Positions 26,786-38,380 of a stretch of DNA of 64,000 nt are shown one piece after another. The stretch is from positions 36,208,001 to 36,272,000 of the forward strand of contig JAGIQG010000016.1 of NCBI GenBank assembly GCA_024679065.1. Reading direction: 5' to 3'. The stretch is from Sphyrna mokarran (Eukaryota). Below the pieces are notes generated by a model, which was not told the DNA's origin, did no database searches, and worked only from the letters and a program-made list of their open reading frames with translations. Both the position numbers and the translations under genes were made by a program. Within the stretch, counting starts at the first letter, position 1, and every line of letters starts with the position of its first letter.

Positions 26786-26988
26786 TAATGTGAGGGCCAA
26801 GATAGGATGAGGAGTTTCATAATTACACATTACCACCATCGTGGAGCAGGTAGCTGTGGACATCTTCAACATTTGCAACAAAGAGCATTTTCAGCAATGC
26901 AAAATGGGAATCCATGGTGGAGATGGTGATTAGCAAATGCAGAGCATTCATTAAAGGACTGCATTGCACTCTTATCCATCCAAAAGCA
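26495..26988 (+). repeat. 138-bp direct duplication (26495-26632 and 26851-26988)
   Basis: The two copies differ at 2 positions (aacGaag/aacAaag, gcaaGtgc/gcaaAtgc). Confidence 0.97.
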
Positions 26989-27200
26989 TACTGAACAATC
27001 AGATATATTGGGAAGCCTGAACACTGCAGAAACTCCTGGTTTCCGAGGCTAGTTCTCATGCTGTCTTTTTGTGTTTTCCAAAATTGTGAGATTTGAGGAT
27101 ATTTGGGGTTATTAGACCCTCCTCCTCATCACTGGGCCAAACACAGCAATAACAGAGTTCAGATCAAGCATTGTCACATTTTGTTACAATGTATCCTCAA

Positions 27201-27491
27201 CAATCATAGTGCAGAAGGAGACCATTTGGCCATCAAGTCTGCACCAACTCTCCGACAAAGTATCTTACCCAGGCCCACTGCCCACTCTATCCACATACAT
27301 CTTCCCCACTAATTTACTTAAGCTACACATCTTTAGATGTTAAGCAGAATTTAGCATGACCAATCTATCTAACCTGAACATCTTTGGACTGTGGGAGGAA
27401 ACCGGAGCACTGGAGGAAACCTACACAGTCACGCAAAGCCGGAATTGAATCCAGGTCCCTGATGCAATGAGGCAGCAATGTGACACTGTGC
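27201..27491 (-). mobile_element. HE1 SINE (internally deleted)
   Basis: gtgcagaaggagaccatttggcc...catctttggactgtgggaggaaaccggagc...gaggcagc. Confidence 0.88.
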
Positions 27492-27845
27492 AGATACAGT
27501 TACCTTGGTAGGTCCTTGTGTGAAATGGTGTCACTGGGCAATGAGCATGGCACTAGTATGCAGAAAGAGATGCCAGAGGCAGCTCAGGGGAAATGCCCCT
27601 CAGTTAATGTAGGACAGATACAGCCAGCAATAGATGTAGGGCCTAAGCAGTCACCTAAAAGAAGACTCTACCCACAGCAGCAGCTGCAGATGTGTATCCA
27701 TGTGACAGAGCTTTTCGGGGCAGTGCAGGGTCACGGAATGAAAATGGAGGTGTCTTCTAGCTTCTGAACGTTGCAGTTACTCAGATTTGTGAGTACAATG
27801 CGCCTCCATTGAGAGAGTGGCCAGACTCAACGTCAATGTAGCAGC

Positions 27846-28165
27846 ACTAAAATAAATAAATAAAATATCTTTCAGTGTCACAAGGAGGCTTACATGAACA
27901 ATGCTACGAAGTTACTATGAAAATCACCTAGTCACCACACTTTGGCACCTGTTCGAGTACACTTATACAGAATTTAACATGGACAATGCACCTAACCAAC
28001 ACATCTTTCAGATTGTGGGAGAAAACCAGCACACCTAGAGGAAATCCACAAGACACAGGCACAGCATACAGACTCCACACAGACAATGACCCAAGCCGGG
28101 AATCAAAGCTAGGTCCCCAGCGTTGTGAGGCAGCAGTGCTGACCAATGTGCCACCACGCCATCCT
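27846..28165 (-). mobile_element. V-SINE with HE1 head and body but a different 3' tail
   Basis: Head and V-domain match HE1 (27970-28165). The tail is cagtgtcacaaggaggcttacatg...gaagttactatgaaaatc and ends in (TTTA)n on the minus strand. Confidence 0.85.
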
Positions 28166-29109
28166 TTGGAGTATATGAGGAACTGCACACTGATGTTCAG
28201 AAGATAGATACCACATTATGAAGCCTCAATCAGTCAGTAGAACAGATGGCACAGAGATATCTGGAAGGGATCGCTGTTGGACTCCAATTGGGGACTACGT
28301 CTAGCTATCTGAAGTATGAACCAAGAGCTGATGTTGTTGCCAAGGAGGATGAAGATGTCACAGAGGCCTACATGATCCCTCTGACTGAGGGAATATCTGA
28401 GGAGCAAAGCCCAGTGAAGAAGGCCATCCTTGCAGTAATACCTGAGACTAGCCTCTGAAGGTACGCCCAGTGCACCGGCCTCCCAAATCTCTTCATGACA
28501 TGTGAGTGGGCATCCTCCATCACCTCCAGTAGTACAAACAGAGCAACAGGACAAAGTGGCCGTAAACATATGACTGTATCGAGCAGCAAGAACTCAGCGA
28601 GTCACTTGCACTTGTAAATATGCACTTTTTGCCTTTTGGAGCACAATATAAACTTGACAAACAAATCTGGACACATGTTGCCTTTTAATAATGAAGAGGA
28701 GGAGGAAATGGTAAAAGGGAGCAATAATCTTTGAATGCTGATAGCAAAATCTTTGAGCAGATGTGCATCTTTTATTGATGGTAAGAGTTGAGCTGCTCAT
28801 AGCTGTGCCTTCAATGGCAGAGCGAATTCCAGACCACCTCATTCCATCATTCCTCCTACATTACAGGGACTGAGCAGAAATGAGCCGAAATCAGATGATC
28901 CCTGACATTCATGGCATCCTAACGAGTTCTTTGATCATCGCATTGAACCCACACAGCCCCCTTTACGACCGGGTCATCTTCCTGTTCTGCATCTTCCTCC
29001 TGCTCTTTCTTCACTTCTTTCACCTTCTGCTGCCCCATTGAGTTGCTTTTTTCCAAGACTTCATCATTCTCAAGGTCCACACTTCACTATAAGGTCATGT
29101 TTCAGAGAA

Positions 29110-29690
29110 GGCCACACAATGAGTGAGATCCTTGAGGTATACTGCACAGCTGACCGATCCAGACATCAGAGTCGCATCTTTAGCAGCCAAAGTCCTGCTC
29201 GACAATTGCCTGAGTGAGTAAACGTTTTCAGCTGTATAGCCTCTATTTCAGAACCTTCCGGGAAAGGGTGAGTATCCAATTTTTTCATGGGATCTCCCTT
29301 TGAAGCCATTCAGGGAATGAAGTGAAGGGCTGTGACAGCCTGGACTGGAAGAGAATGAAGGAATCGTGGTAGCTGAGCTAAAGCGAATGAAGGTCTTGAA
29401 AAGCAAGAGAGTGGAAGGCCTTCTTGACGAATTGAGTGTCCAGTCGCTGGGTGTCTTGCTGGCCACAGGGGCGAAATGGATGATGTTCTACCCCTGGGGG
29501 AATCCGGCATTGGAGGTGAATCCCACTGTCCTGTGGGACTGTGAAGCCCCGTCTGTCTAGAATTGGATGTCCTGCTCAGCTCTCACAGAGGATACCAGTG
29601 ATGAACATGAAGCAGCCATGTACAGGATGCTACCCAGGTTCACAGCTGCTCCTTGGAAGGAACCGATAGCGAAGTTCAGGTTTCTGAACA
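29110..29690 (-). pseudogene. PIF/Harbinger DDE transposase relic (HARBI1-like family)
   Basis: Collinear decayed motifs on the minus strand: LNFAIGSFQGAA..L, IQF*TDGASQ..RTVGF..NAGFPQ, FVKKAFHS, YHDSFIL.QSRL, TQAIVEQ, LLKMRL*CLDRS, VQY..RISLIV. Many stops and frameshifts. Confidence 0.8.
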
Positions 29691-29758
29691 ATGAGGTTTC
29701 TGAGCAGCCAGCAAAAGGGTTAATGCTCACCTGCAATCTTGAATACATGGATACAATG

Positions 29759-29827
29759 TTCAGACCTGCTTTGACACCAGGAGTTAAATTGGTTTCAGAC
29801 CTACTTTGACACCGGGAGTTAAATTGG
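29759..29827 (+). repeat. Tandem duplication, 35-bp period
   Basis: ttcagacctgctttgacaccaggagttaaattgg / ttcagacctactttgacaccgggagttaaattgg. Confidence 0.9.
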
Positions 29828-30358
29828 ATTAATGACCTTTACAGATAAGCTGCTTTATATAGGAAAGAATTTATCTAATTCGCATTTTGCAATCATATAT
29901 CACCCACTGTGACATCTGTGATTCGTGAATTGAGTAAGTCCTTCAATTAACATGGAAAGAAAAATTGTTACCAGCCAAAGGTTAGAAGTGCAGCTGGCTA
30001 TTTTGCTAATGCAACCATAAACACTGGGATAATGATCTCTTAAGTAATTGTGCTCTGTGCATTACAGTGCAGGACTTTGTTTTGTTTTATTTAATTTGTT
30101 ATGTGTGTTTATCAAAGTAATGGGTGCGAGTGCTGGGAAATGAGACCTGGTTTTGATTTGCAAATAGCAATTAAAGTTGAACCACTAGTGAACCCCAGAG
30201 TGACCTAACTTAAAACAATATATTTTATTTGCAAGTACCTAAAATTTGTATCATTTTGCATTGCTTTTCAGTTGGGATATTTCTAGTTTCTCCAAAAAAA
30301 AGAGCTAAAATGCGCAGGAGTTAGCAACAAAATGTTCTTTTATCCATTACAGTCCTCA

Positions 30359-32208
30359 GGCCTGGATTTTCCAGTCGCAACAGCAGTGAGTTTAATGGCC
30401 ACAGTAGTTGGAATAGTGAGCAGAATTTTGCGACCTCTTTGCGTCTGTTTTGCGGCAGCCAAATGTTGTAAGTCGGGTATAATGTGGTTGGCGCAAATGG
30501 CACCAATTTCCACACCTGTTGTGATTTTGCGACACCCGGATTTCCAGCGCAGTCGGCGTATCTCCAGAAAGGGGCGCGGGGCTGATTAGTTTATTTAAAT
30601 TTAATTTAGTGTTCATGTCAATGTGATGAGTGAGCCCGGCGCCCAGTCATCCTGGCTCACTTATCTTTATGGCCTCGCTGGGAGATGTTTTCTCGGGCGT
30701 GAAAAACTCTTGCTCTCCGTGAACGGGGAACATTGGTGTTGGCCTCACCAGTGAAACCGGAGGCCATTGAAGCAGCACCCCCTCAGGAGGCCGAGTACAG
30801 GGCATGAGTGAACCTTGGGCTGTGCCAGCCTGGCACCTGGGCACTGGGTCTGTAGGGGAAGTGCTGGAGGGTGGTGCCAAGGGGCAGGGCCAGTGGTGGA
30901 GAGCCAATGATGGTGGGCCATGGTGGGAGGGGTGTCTGCCGCCACTCTGCATGCAATCGGTGGGGAAGGGAACGGCAGCAGCGATTAGTCTGAGAGGTGG
31001 CTGCATCTTGCATTGCAGATCCCCGCAATTGTGAGGGGGAGGGATGCCACTTGAGTCCACCTGCAGTAACAGGGGCCTGACAGCTTTCTCTTTGTCTGTC
31101 AGAGCCCTACTACTGTTAATGCACGTGTGCAACGTCAGAGGTCTGCACATGTGCAGTATCTCCCCCTTCAGGCTGTCTGGTGAGTTAAACCCTGCCCACA
31201 TCCTCCCTGGCTGGAAACTGACTAATCCATCCTTTTGGAGACAGAGTGCATGAAGTGAAAACTTGCCCCAAAAAGTAGATCTGGAACTCTCCCATTTTCA
31301 GGCTAGCTGTACACACAGAAAAAAAATCTGGTAAAATTCTACCCAATGTGTATAGAGCTGAAAAATCAATTTCACGAAATGATGGCAGAAATGTGTACCC
31401 TGCCCATCGCTGCAGGTCACCATTCCCCAGCAGAGGCCAGCGTGAGGCCACTTTGCATTCGTTAATAGGATGTGGATGTGGATGTGGATTTTCACACTGA
31501 CGCAGATTCCAGGATGTGGATCTTCACTCTGTAAGAGCTTCCAGATATATGTGCATGTGGAAGGGTCAGTGAACTGCAGTAGCCTCTATCTTGCAGACTA
31601 GATGGATTGCTGTGGGCTATGAAGCTTCACTTTAACACACTGAGTTGCTGTTTATGCATGGGCCACACAGATGATGCTCATGTATCCTCTCATATTTGGT
31701 GATGTGAGTGTTGAGACTTCCCTTATCTTGGTGATGTGGATGAGATCACTCATCCATTTCTTGCAGTGCATGGGGGTCCTCCGGTAGAGTCCATGAGCAT
31801 TGACCACCCTCCATGCTGGGTTGGTCTCACAGCTCGATCTCCTCCTTCCATCCTCAGTATATAGGACACACTTGCTGGCCTCCAATGCACAGAGCAGCAG
31901 ATTGAGGGAAGCATTGTTGAATCTGGTTGTTAGAGATCCCTGGAATCATTGCGCTATCTTCTCTTTCTGCAGTAGGTTTGCAACAAAGAAGTTGATGTTA
32001 AATATGGCACCCATATGTGGCAGTGAGGTACACGCCAGCCAGCCAGCCCACGCTGCTATGTAATACATTGGGCAACCGCTGACTGCATAATTAATAAACG
32101 CAGCATCATGCCATTCGGCGTAAATTCCCACTGAGCTCCATGCCGGAAAACACTTTCAGTTCCTGCTTCCTACCAAGCAACTCAAGCCTGGATTGGAAAA
32201 TCCTGGCC
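30359..32208. mobile_element. TIR-bounded Harbinger-derived element (~1.85 kb)
   Basis: Left end ggcctggattttccagtc matches the reverse complement of the right end, ggccaggattttccaatc, at 16/18. Contains a Myb-like relic. The TSD is not intact. Confidence 0.6.
31735..31930 (-). pseudogene. Myb/SANT-like DNA-binding domain relic (Harbinger ORF2 type)
   Basis: RFNNASLNLLLCALEASKCVLYTEDGRRRSSCETNPAW-RVVNAHGLYRRTPMHCKKWMSDL matches the RF...L..L...V....L...W..V...RT..QC.K...DL signature. Confidence 0.75.
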
Positions 32209-32226
32209 TTTATGTTTGTAAAATCG

Positions 32227-32470
32227 TATCACTTTGTGTGTTTGTATAGTGTGCCTTATATATACATGTACAGTCAGTAAGTATCCCTTCATGTGTGTAC
32301 AATGTGTCTTTTATATAAATGTGCAATCAATATCTCTTTGTGTCTGTGTGCACGCGCGCGTGCAGAATGCCTTATATGCTATACAGTCAGTATCTCTTTG
32401 TGTGTTTTTACAGAGTGCCTTATGTATGTGTGTACAGTCAGCACCCCTTTGTGTGTCTTTTCTGTATGTG
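32227..32470. repeat. Degenerate ~50-bp tandem repeat, 4-5 units
   Basis: Recurring tatctctttgtgtg...gtgccttata...tacagtcag. Confidence 0.7.
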
Positions 32471-33006
32471 TATCCTTTTTTGATGAGCAGTGTGTATAAA
32501 ATCAGTGTTACATCAAAAATCCATAGTGCTTGGTATTAGAGACTGGAACCACAGCTTTAATATGATTTTCTTTTTGTAAAGAGAACCCTTTTATGTATAT
32601 AGACCAATATGGGTTTTTCTATATTGCAATGTGGTGAGTCCATTGAGCCTTTGGGGTCAAGTAGGCAATAAGTAGTTTTTGATGGTATGTTGGATTTGTG
32701 GCAATTAATAGGTTTCTTTTCTTACTGCCCTTGGCTTAGAGCACTCAACACCCATTTTGCTGTGTCAGGTAAAGCCAGCTTCTTGGACAGGTGATGTGCT
32801 GCTTCATGTTACCAGGATTCACCATTCACAAGTATTTGCGTTTCATGGCTGTTAGCCCCTACTCTAATGTAATGCTGAGTATTCCAAGGACGGAAGTTAT
32901 GCTGAAGATGGGAGCATGTTCTGTATTTGCTAGATAAGAACTAATGAAGAGCAATATCATATTTGTTTGAACTCCATTCAGAGTCAGCTGCTGGAAGTAA
33001 GTTAAC

Positions 33007-33352
33007 ATAGGGTGGCACTGTAGCACAGTGGTCAGCACTGCTGTTTCACAGCTCCAAGGACCTGGGTTCAATTCCTGGCTTGGTTCACTGTCTATGTGAA
33101 GTTTGCACATTCTCCCCATATCTGTGTGGGTTTCCTCCAGTTGCTCTAGTTTCTTCTCACCGTCCAAAGATGTGCGGGTTAGTTTGATTGGCCGCGCTAA
33201 ATTGCCCCTTAGTGTCCTGAGATGTGTAGGTTAGAGGGATTAGTGGGTAAATGTGTAGGAATATGGGGGTAGGGCCTGGGTGGGATTGAGGCCAGTGCAG
33301 CCTTGATGGGCCAAATGGCCTCTTTCTGCACTGTAGGGATTCTGTGATTCTA
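33007..33352 (+). mobile_element. HE1 SINE (full length)
   Basis: A and B boxes, V-domain and tail ggcctctttctgcactgtagggattctgtgattcta. Confidence 0.93.
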
Positions 33353-33379
33353 AATAATTAGTACCTCCCATCCACATTA

Positions 33380-35350
33380 ATATTTTTTAAGAATATTTTT
33401 ATCCAAAGTTTTCCATTTTACATTTGGCACAAAACACAACGAACTCTCAAAATCAACTCAGAGTGACACCATTATTCCACATAAACATACAGAAAAGACC
33501 AGTGAATATTAATACAGGTTATTCCAATTATCAATCATTGCAATGGTTGTAATCAGCCTCTCCCTTCATACATTTAAAGAAATGTTGCAAAGAGGGTTGG
33601 GGATCTCAGGATGACAGGATACCAATCGTGAGCACATGGCTCCATAGTCCACATCCTCCTCCACATGTGTCAGAGCTTCACAATATGCAGGATCCCTTAT
33701 GGGGAAATATACAACCAACCAAGGCCTAATTCAACATCCCAGGACCACCAAGCAATACAACGAGAACCCAAAAAAAGGGGGGAAACTCGGGATATTGCCA
33801 TCAGTACAGGATGTAGAGTGTCAGCGTACACTCCCATGTACAGGACCTAGTAAAGCAAAGATTTGTACATCTCACCTAGGCTTGCAACAGTACATACCTC
33901 CCTCCTCTCTAGCCATATTTGAGGCATGGATCAGGCTCCCAATCACCGGAAAATTTAAACCATTTTCATCAAGGAAACACACTTACAAGGAAGAAAAGAA
34001 TTGTCAAGACACCCATCAGCAGGATATTCTGGGGAGAGATACGACCCTTCTCCTCCCCATCAAGCTAAGAGAAACGCTCCCGGATTAACTATAACAAATC
34101 AGAGTCTTTACCAACACCTATCTACCCAGATGAAGAAAGGAATCCCAGCGAGAGGAGCATCAGTGTCATCCAGTGGACGCCAGGCATAGTTTCTCTGCAT
34201 AGACTTCCACAGAAAGGATACCGGGAACAGAGCAGCACAATATAATAAGGGATAGGACACTACCCTCTGCCCTGTCTGCACCATTAACACTCTCCCACCT
34301 CCCCTCAAGGGAGCCCAAACCTAGAAGACAGGCAGATTGGAAACCTCCATATAAGACCCCATGGAAGAATGCCTTACTCCTTCAACCTCCAACCACAGGA
34401 AGACTGTGACAACACTGGACCAAACACTCAGACTTGCAGTCAGGCCCATCATCCAGTAGGATCCCCGTGGGAACAAAATACCAGGAATGGGAGCAGTTCA
34501 GAAGCCCTCAGAAGGGCACATGCTAAAGGAGTTCAACCTACTCCCCCTTCTGACATACCCTTCACCTGACCCGGATAAATGCAGCCACCACTTCCTTGCT
34601 CAACGACACCCCAGAATAGGGGCCAACTGAATACCCATATCACTCACATACATTGAACAAAGCAAACTGTCCCTTTCTAAAAGTACTCCAAAATTGTTAC
34701 CTAGGCCCTGTGATTCAACCCATTTCCCATCAGGGAAACCTCAATAACCAGATAATATGCCCACCATCCATTCCATGAGCCAAGTAATCAAATAACCAAT
34801 ACACAGCCAAACCAAAATAGAAGATCAACATACAAGGCTGGACATCCAAGGATAAGTCAGCCAGGTATGCGCCAGAACATAATTTCCCTACTCCAACCAT
34901 ACCGGAGACACCTATCCTTTCTAGATACATGATCTGTCTGCAGTTTCTTGGGATACAAGCAAAGATTCTCTCAACCCAAAATAACAAAAAATACGAAAGA
35001 AAAGTGCAACCCCAATAGTTCTAAAGGGGGATTTTCCTCACCCACAATGTGAAATTGCAAGGCTGTACTAACTGTCAAACCATCCACTGGCCATCCCTGA
35101 TGTGATGTCTATAAAGAGAAGGGTACTAAATGTTGTACTCCTCAGTATAAATGCAAGGATTGCAGCACATAAAAAGAAAAATAAACCAGGTAAATACCAC
35201 CAACCAACTCCCCAATGGAAAGAAGGAGACCCATAAACAATTAAACTACGGCCTCCCTTGCTCCACCTTCAGAGCATGCAGGTAAACAAATACCATTGAA
35301 AAAACACAATAGATAATCCTAAGTTTCACAATGTAACAGAGTAACAGGCA
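33380..35350 (-). mobile_element. Highly decayed L1/Tx1-type LINE
   Basis: A-rich tail at about 33380-33420 on the minus strand. Faint ORF2 remnants: KKLQTD near 34940, RQG..PLLY near 34260, DD near 34165, EEGGM near 33900. Confidence 0.45.
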
Positions 35351-35645
35351 ACAAATACTTCCAGAGTGTTCATCTATCATGCACCCTTGTCAGGATGAAA
35401 GACAGAATGACAAAATCAAGATTAAAATTTCAAAGGAACAAAGTTGTTGAGTCATTGAGCTGTACAGTGCAGAAAAGGTCATAGAGTCATACAGCGCAGA
35501 AAAAGCCCTTTGACCCATTGATTAATGATGAGCTGCATTATAATATAACCATATATGGAGCTTGAAAAGGCAAAACCATGACAGGATCATCATCAAGCAA
35601 CATCATGGAAGCCACTGCATCTGCACCATGTTGTCATCTAGAAGG

Positions 35646-35816
35646 GTAAGAAGTCTGACAACACCAGATTTAAGTCCAACCGATTTATTTGATAGTAAAC
35701 TCACAAGCTTACTATCAAATGAGTTTACTGTCAAATAAAGTGGTTGGACTTAAACCTGGTGTTGTCAGACTTCTTACTGTGTTCACCCAGTCCAATGCTG
35801 GCATCTCTACATCATG
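35646..35816. mobile_element. Penelope-terminus fold-back (58-bp inverted arms)
   Basis: Arms 35646-35703 and 35720-35777 differ at 4 positions. The sequence matches the Penelope-like 3' end at 43452-43500. Confidence 0.85.
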
Positions 35817-38175
35817 TCATCCAGAAGATCTAGCAAAGGAAAACGTCAGCGGGTGGCAAGGATTCAACAAGTCCGGCCACCTCCAACTCTTCTTGACAAA
35901 CACCAAGCACAACACAAGACGAATGGTCGGAGTCTTTGGCTGACCCCAAGCCTCGATGGCCAGATGCAGTGTAGACGAGAAGTGGCAAGACTGCAGCAGG
36001 GATTTAAATCCTGTTTGTCCTGGGATAGCGAACACCTGTGGAGTGCCGTGGAAGTCTGTGCCTATGTTTGAAGAAAGAGGGGAGAGAAGAAAAAAGAGTT
36101 CATGTTTAGACCATGCTAAATAGGAGTTCATTGAACAGGAGTTGGAGATGCTGTAAAGGGAACAGTAGGATATTTTTTAAATTGCCTTTGTTCATAGAAT
36201 GATGCTGAGCTCAGTTGAGGCATTACGAGAAGGCCACAAACATAATTCTGGTCATATCCTTGTAAACAAAACTGCGTTTAATGATTCATGTTCAGTTTCA
36301 TCTCCCTAGAGTACTAATCAGTCTGAGTACATGGAAGCACAAGTAAAATTCCAGTATCCGTGCAATAGAGAGAGGATTATTTCATTGTTATGGCCCTCGG
36401 ATCATACAGTCATAGGACCAGACACTGGGTAGCAAAAATAAACTCCAGATCAGAAGGGATCCATCTGTTCTTGAGAGAAACCAGTCATGCTGAACCCAAG
36501 CGAATGTTGTATCATGGCTCTTACACAAGAGGTTTCAGTTGTGACATGGCTGAATTTTCCTGTCTGTTCTTGGTGTTCTTTATGAGACCTGTCGAAAGCT
36601 AAAGACACGGTATTCTAAGAAAAAGCAAGGAAATGACATTAGGTTTTTCCAATTTAGAGTTAACATCGGTACAATAACAATGGACCAAACAGTCTCTTCA
36701 TTCTTAGAAGTTCGATGAAATGGCAAAGCAATCGTTTATTTTTCTTTTTCAAATAATCCTGTATGTCTCCCAGTTTCTTATGTCTCTTTAGAACCATAGC
36801 CCCTGAGGAGAAATCTTTAAGAAATATTTATAGCTAGTGTCTCTGTATCTTTAGTCAGCAGCAGCAGAAGTGTTACATCATGATCTGCTGACAAAAGGCT
36901 TCTGATCAATAGATAGACAATACTCACTATGAGACTTGATTTTACCTTGCAGATAAAAGATTAAAAGTAAATTAATGTCAAAAGTAGATATCAGGCTGTG
37001 CATGTTAAATATAATTTTTCTGGCCCCGATGACACTTTTAAAGGAGAAAAAAAACAAACAACAAAATGTGATAACCTGACAAAAATGCATTATGAACCTT
37101 GAGTGACATTCCTATACACTATGCTCCATTATATAAAAGTTCTCATCTAAAGAATCCCACTCCCAAGTGTTATGTGTCTTGTTGAATTAAGTTAGCTTTT
37201 ATTAAGATTAGAAAAAAAAGTAAGTCTAAAATAAACCAACATCAGTCAGTGAGTGGGATTTTACAGTCTCACTCGGGTGAGTTCAGAAATTCCTGCCTTG
37301 GATCAACGGAGATTTCCATTGTCATATTCTCGCCCGCACTGATTGTGTGGTGGGCAAGGTGATCGCATTCCAGCCACCTTTGTCTAAGTCCAAACATGAG
37401 CATGCCATGATGCTTGCAAATTATTCTTGGATCTTAGCTTTATCCTTTATGTAACTTAGAATCATTAATAGATTGACTTATAAGCCAGTCAAGACTGTCT
37501 GTAAAACTTCATTACATACTGTCGGGATATAACCCATAATGAGCCACGTGTTCTATCACATTTGACCTGGTTGGATTTTTGATTGTAAGAAAATTTCTCA
37601 TCTATTTTTGTCATGATGAATTTAACACGAATCTTGGTGTTGTACCCACCCTTATTGATTTTGTTATTGGAGGCCAGTAACTTGCTAATCATCCCTTAAA
37701 GACTAACGATTAATTAGATTAGAATTTTGTCTGTGTATCAACAATAGTGACTGAGACCTGAGGGACACCTTTTAACATTTGGCAGAGTGAAAACTTTTAT
37801 TTATATATCATCCAGGTCAGCTGACTATGCCTATTTAACAACAACAACTTATATTTACGTGGCATCGTTTATGTAATGAAATGCCTTAAGGTGCTCATTT
37901 ACAAATAAGGTCGGGGGAACTGCTTATTAAAGTAGCTAAGCCTGCTGTTGATCACACAGATGTCCTCAGGACTCTTGTAGCCATTTAAACAATGTGTTGT
38001 TCACTGTTACCACCTGAAATAACGGTTATTTTGCTTGAATTTCTGTTCAGGGATTCATTGCTTCGCTCAAGCTGAGAGAGCAATTGAGGGAGGATTTCTT
38101 GGTAAATTTTTTGTCAGCTGCACTCAACTGGCAGAGACACACCTACTATTGGCCAAGGTGCAGTTTCTGTCGGTA

Positions 38176-38380
38176 ATGACAAAATACTGCAGAGGTTGGA
38201 ATTTTAAACAGAAACAGAAAATGCTGGAGAAACTCAGCAGGTCTGACAGCATCTGTAGAGAGAGAATAAAGCCAACGTTTCAAGATCTGGTCACCCAGAC
38301 TTGCAACATTAGCTCTGTTCTCTCTCCACAGATACTTTCAGACCTGCTGAGCTTCTCCAGCATTTTCTGTTTCAATGCAG
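38176..38380. mobile_element. Fold-back of Penelope-derived short element (~74-bp arms)
   Basis: gaaacagaaaatgctggagaaactcagcaggtctga... (38211) pairs with ...tcagacctgctgagcttctccagcattttctgtttc (38373). Confidence 0.85.

Noticed and set aside
28594-28842. Second transposase fragment (GIRSAIEGT resembling GAIDGT)
   Set aside because: Similarity is too short, and it is out of order relative to the collinear relic at 29110-29690.
30647-31201. 184-aa ORF, the longest in the track
   Set aside because: It lies in a GC-rich transposon relic with overlapping ORFs on both strands and no recognisable motif.
32227-32470. CRISPR-like repeat-spacer array
   Set aside because: Units are degenerate tandem copies without unique spacers, the context is vertebrate and there are no cas genes.
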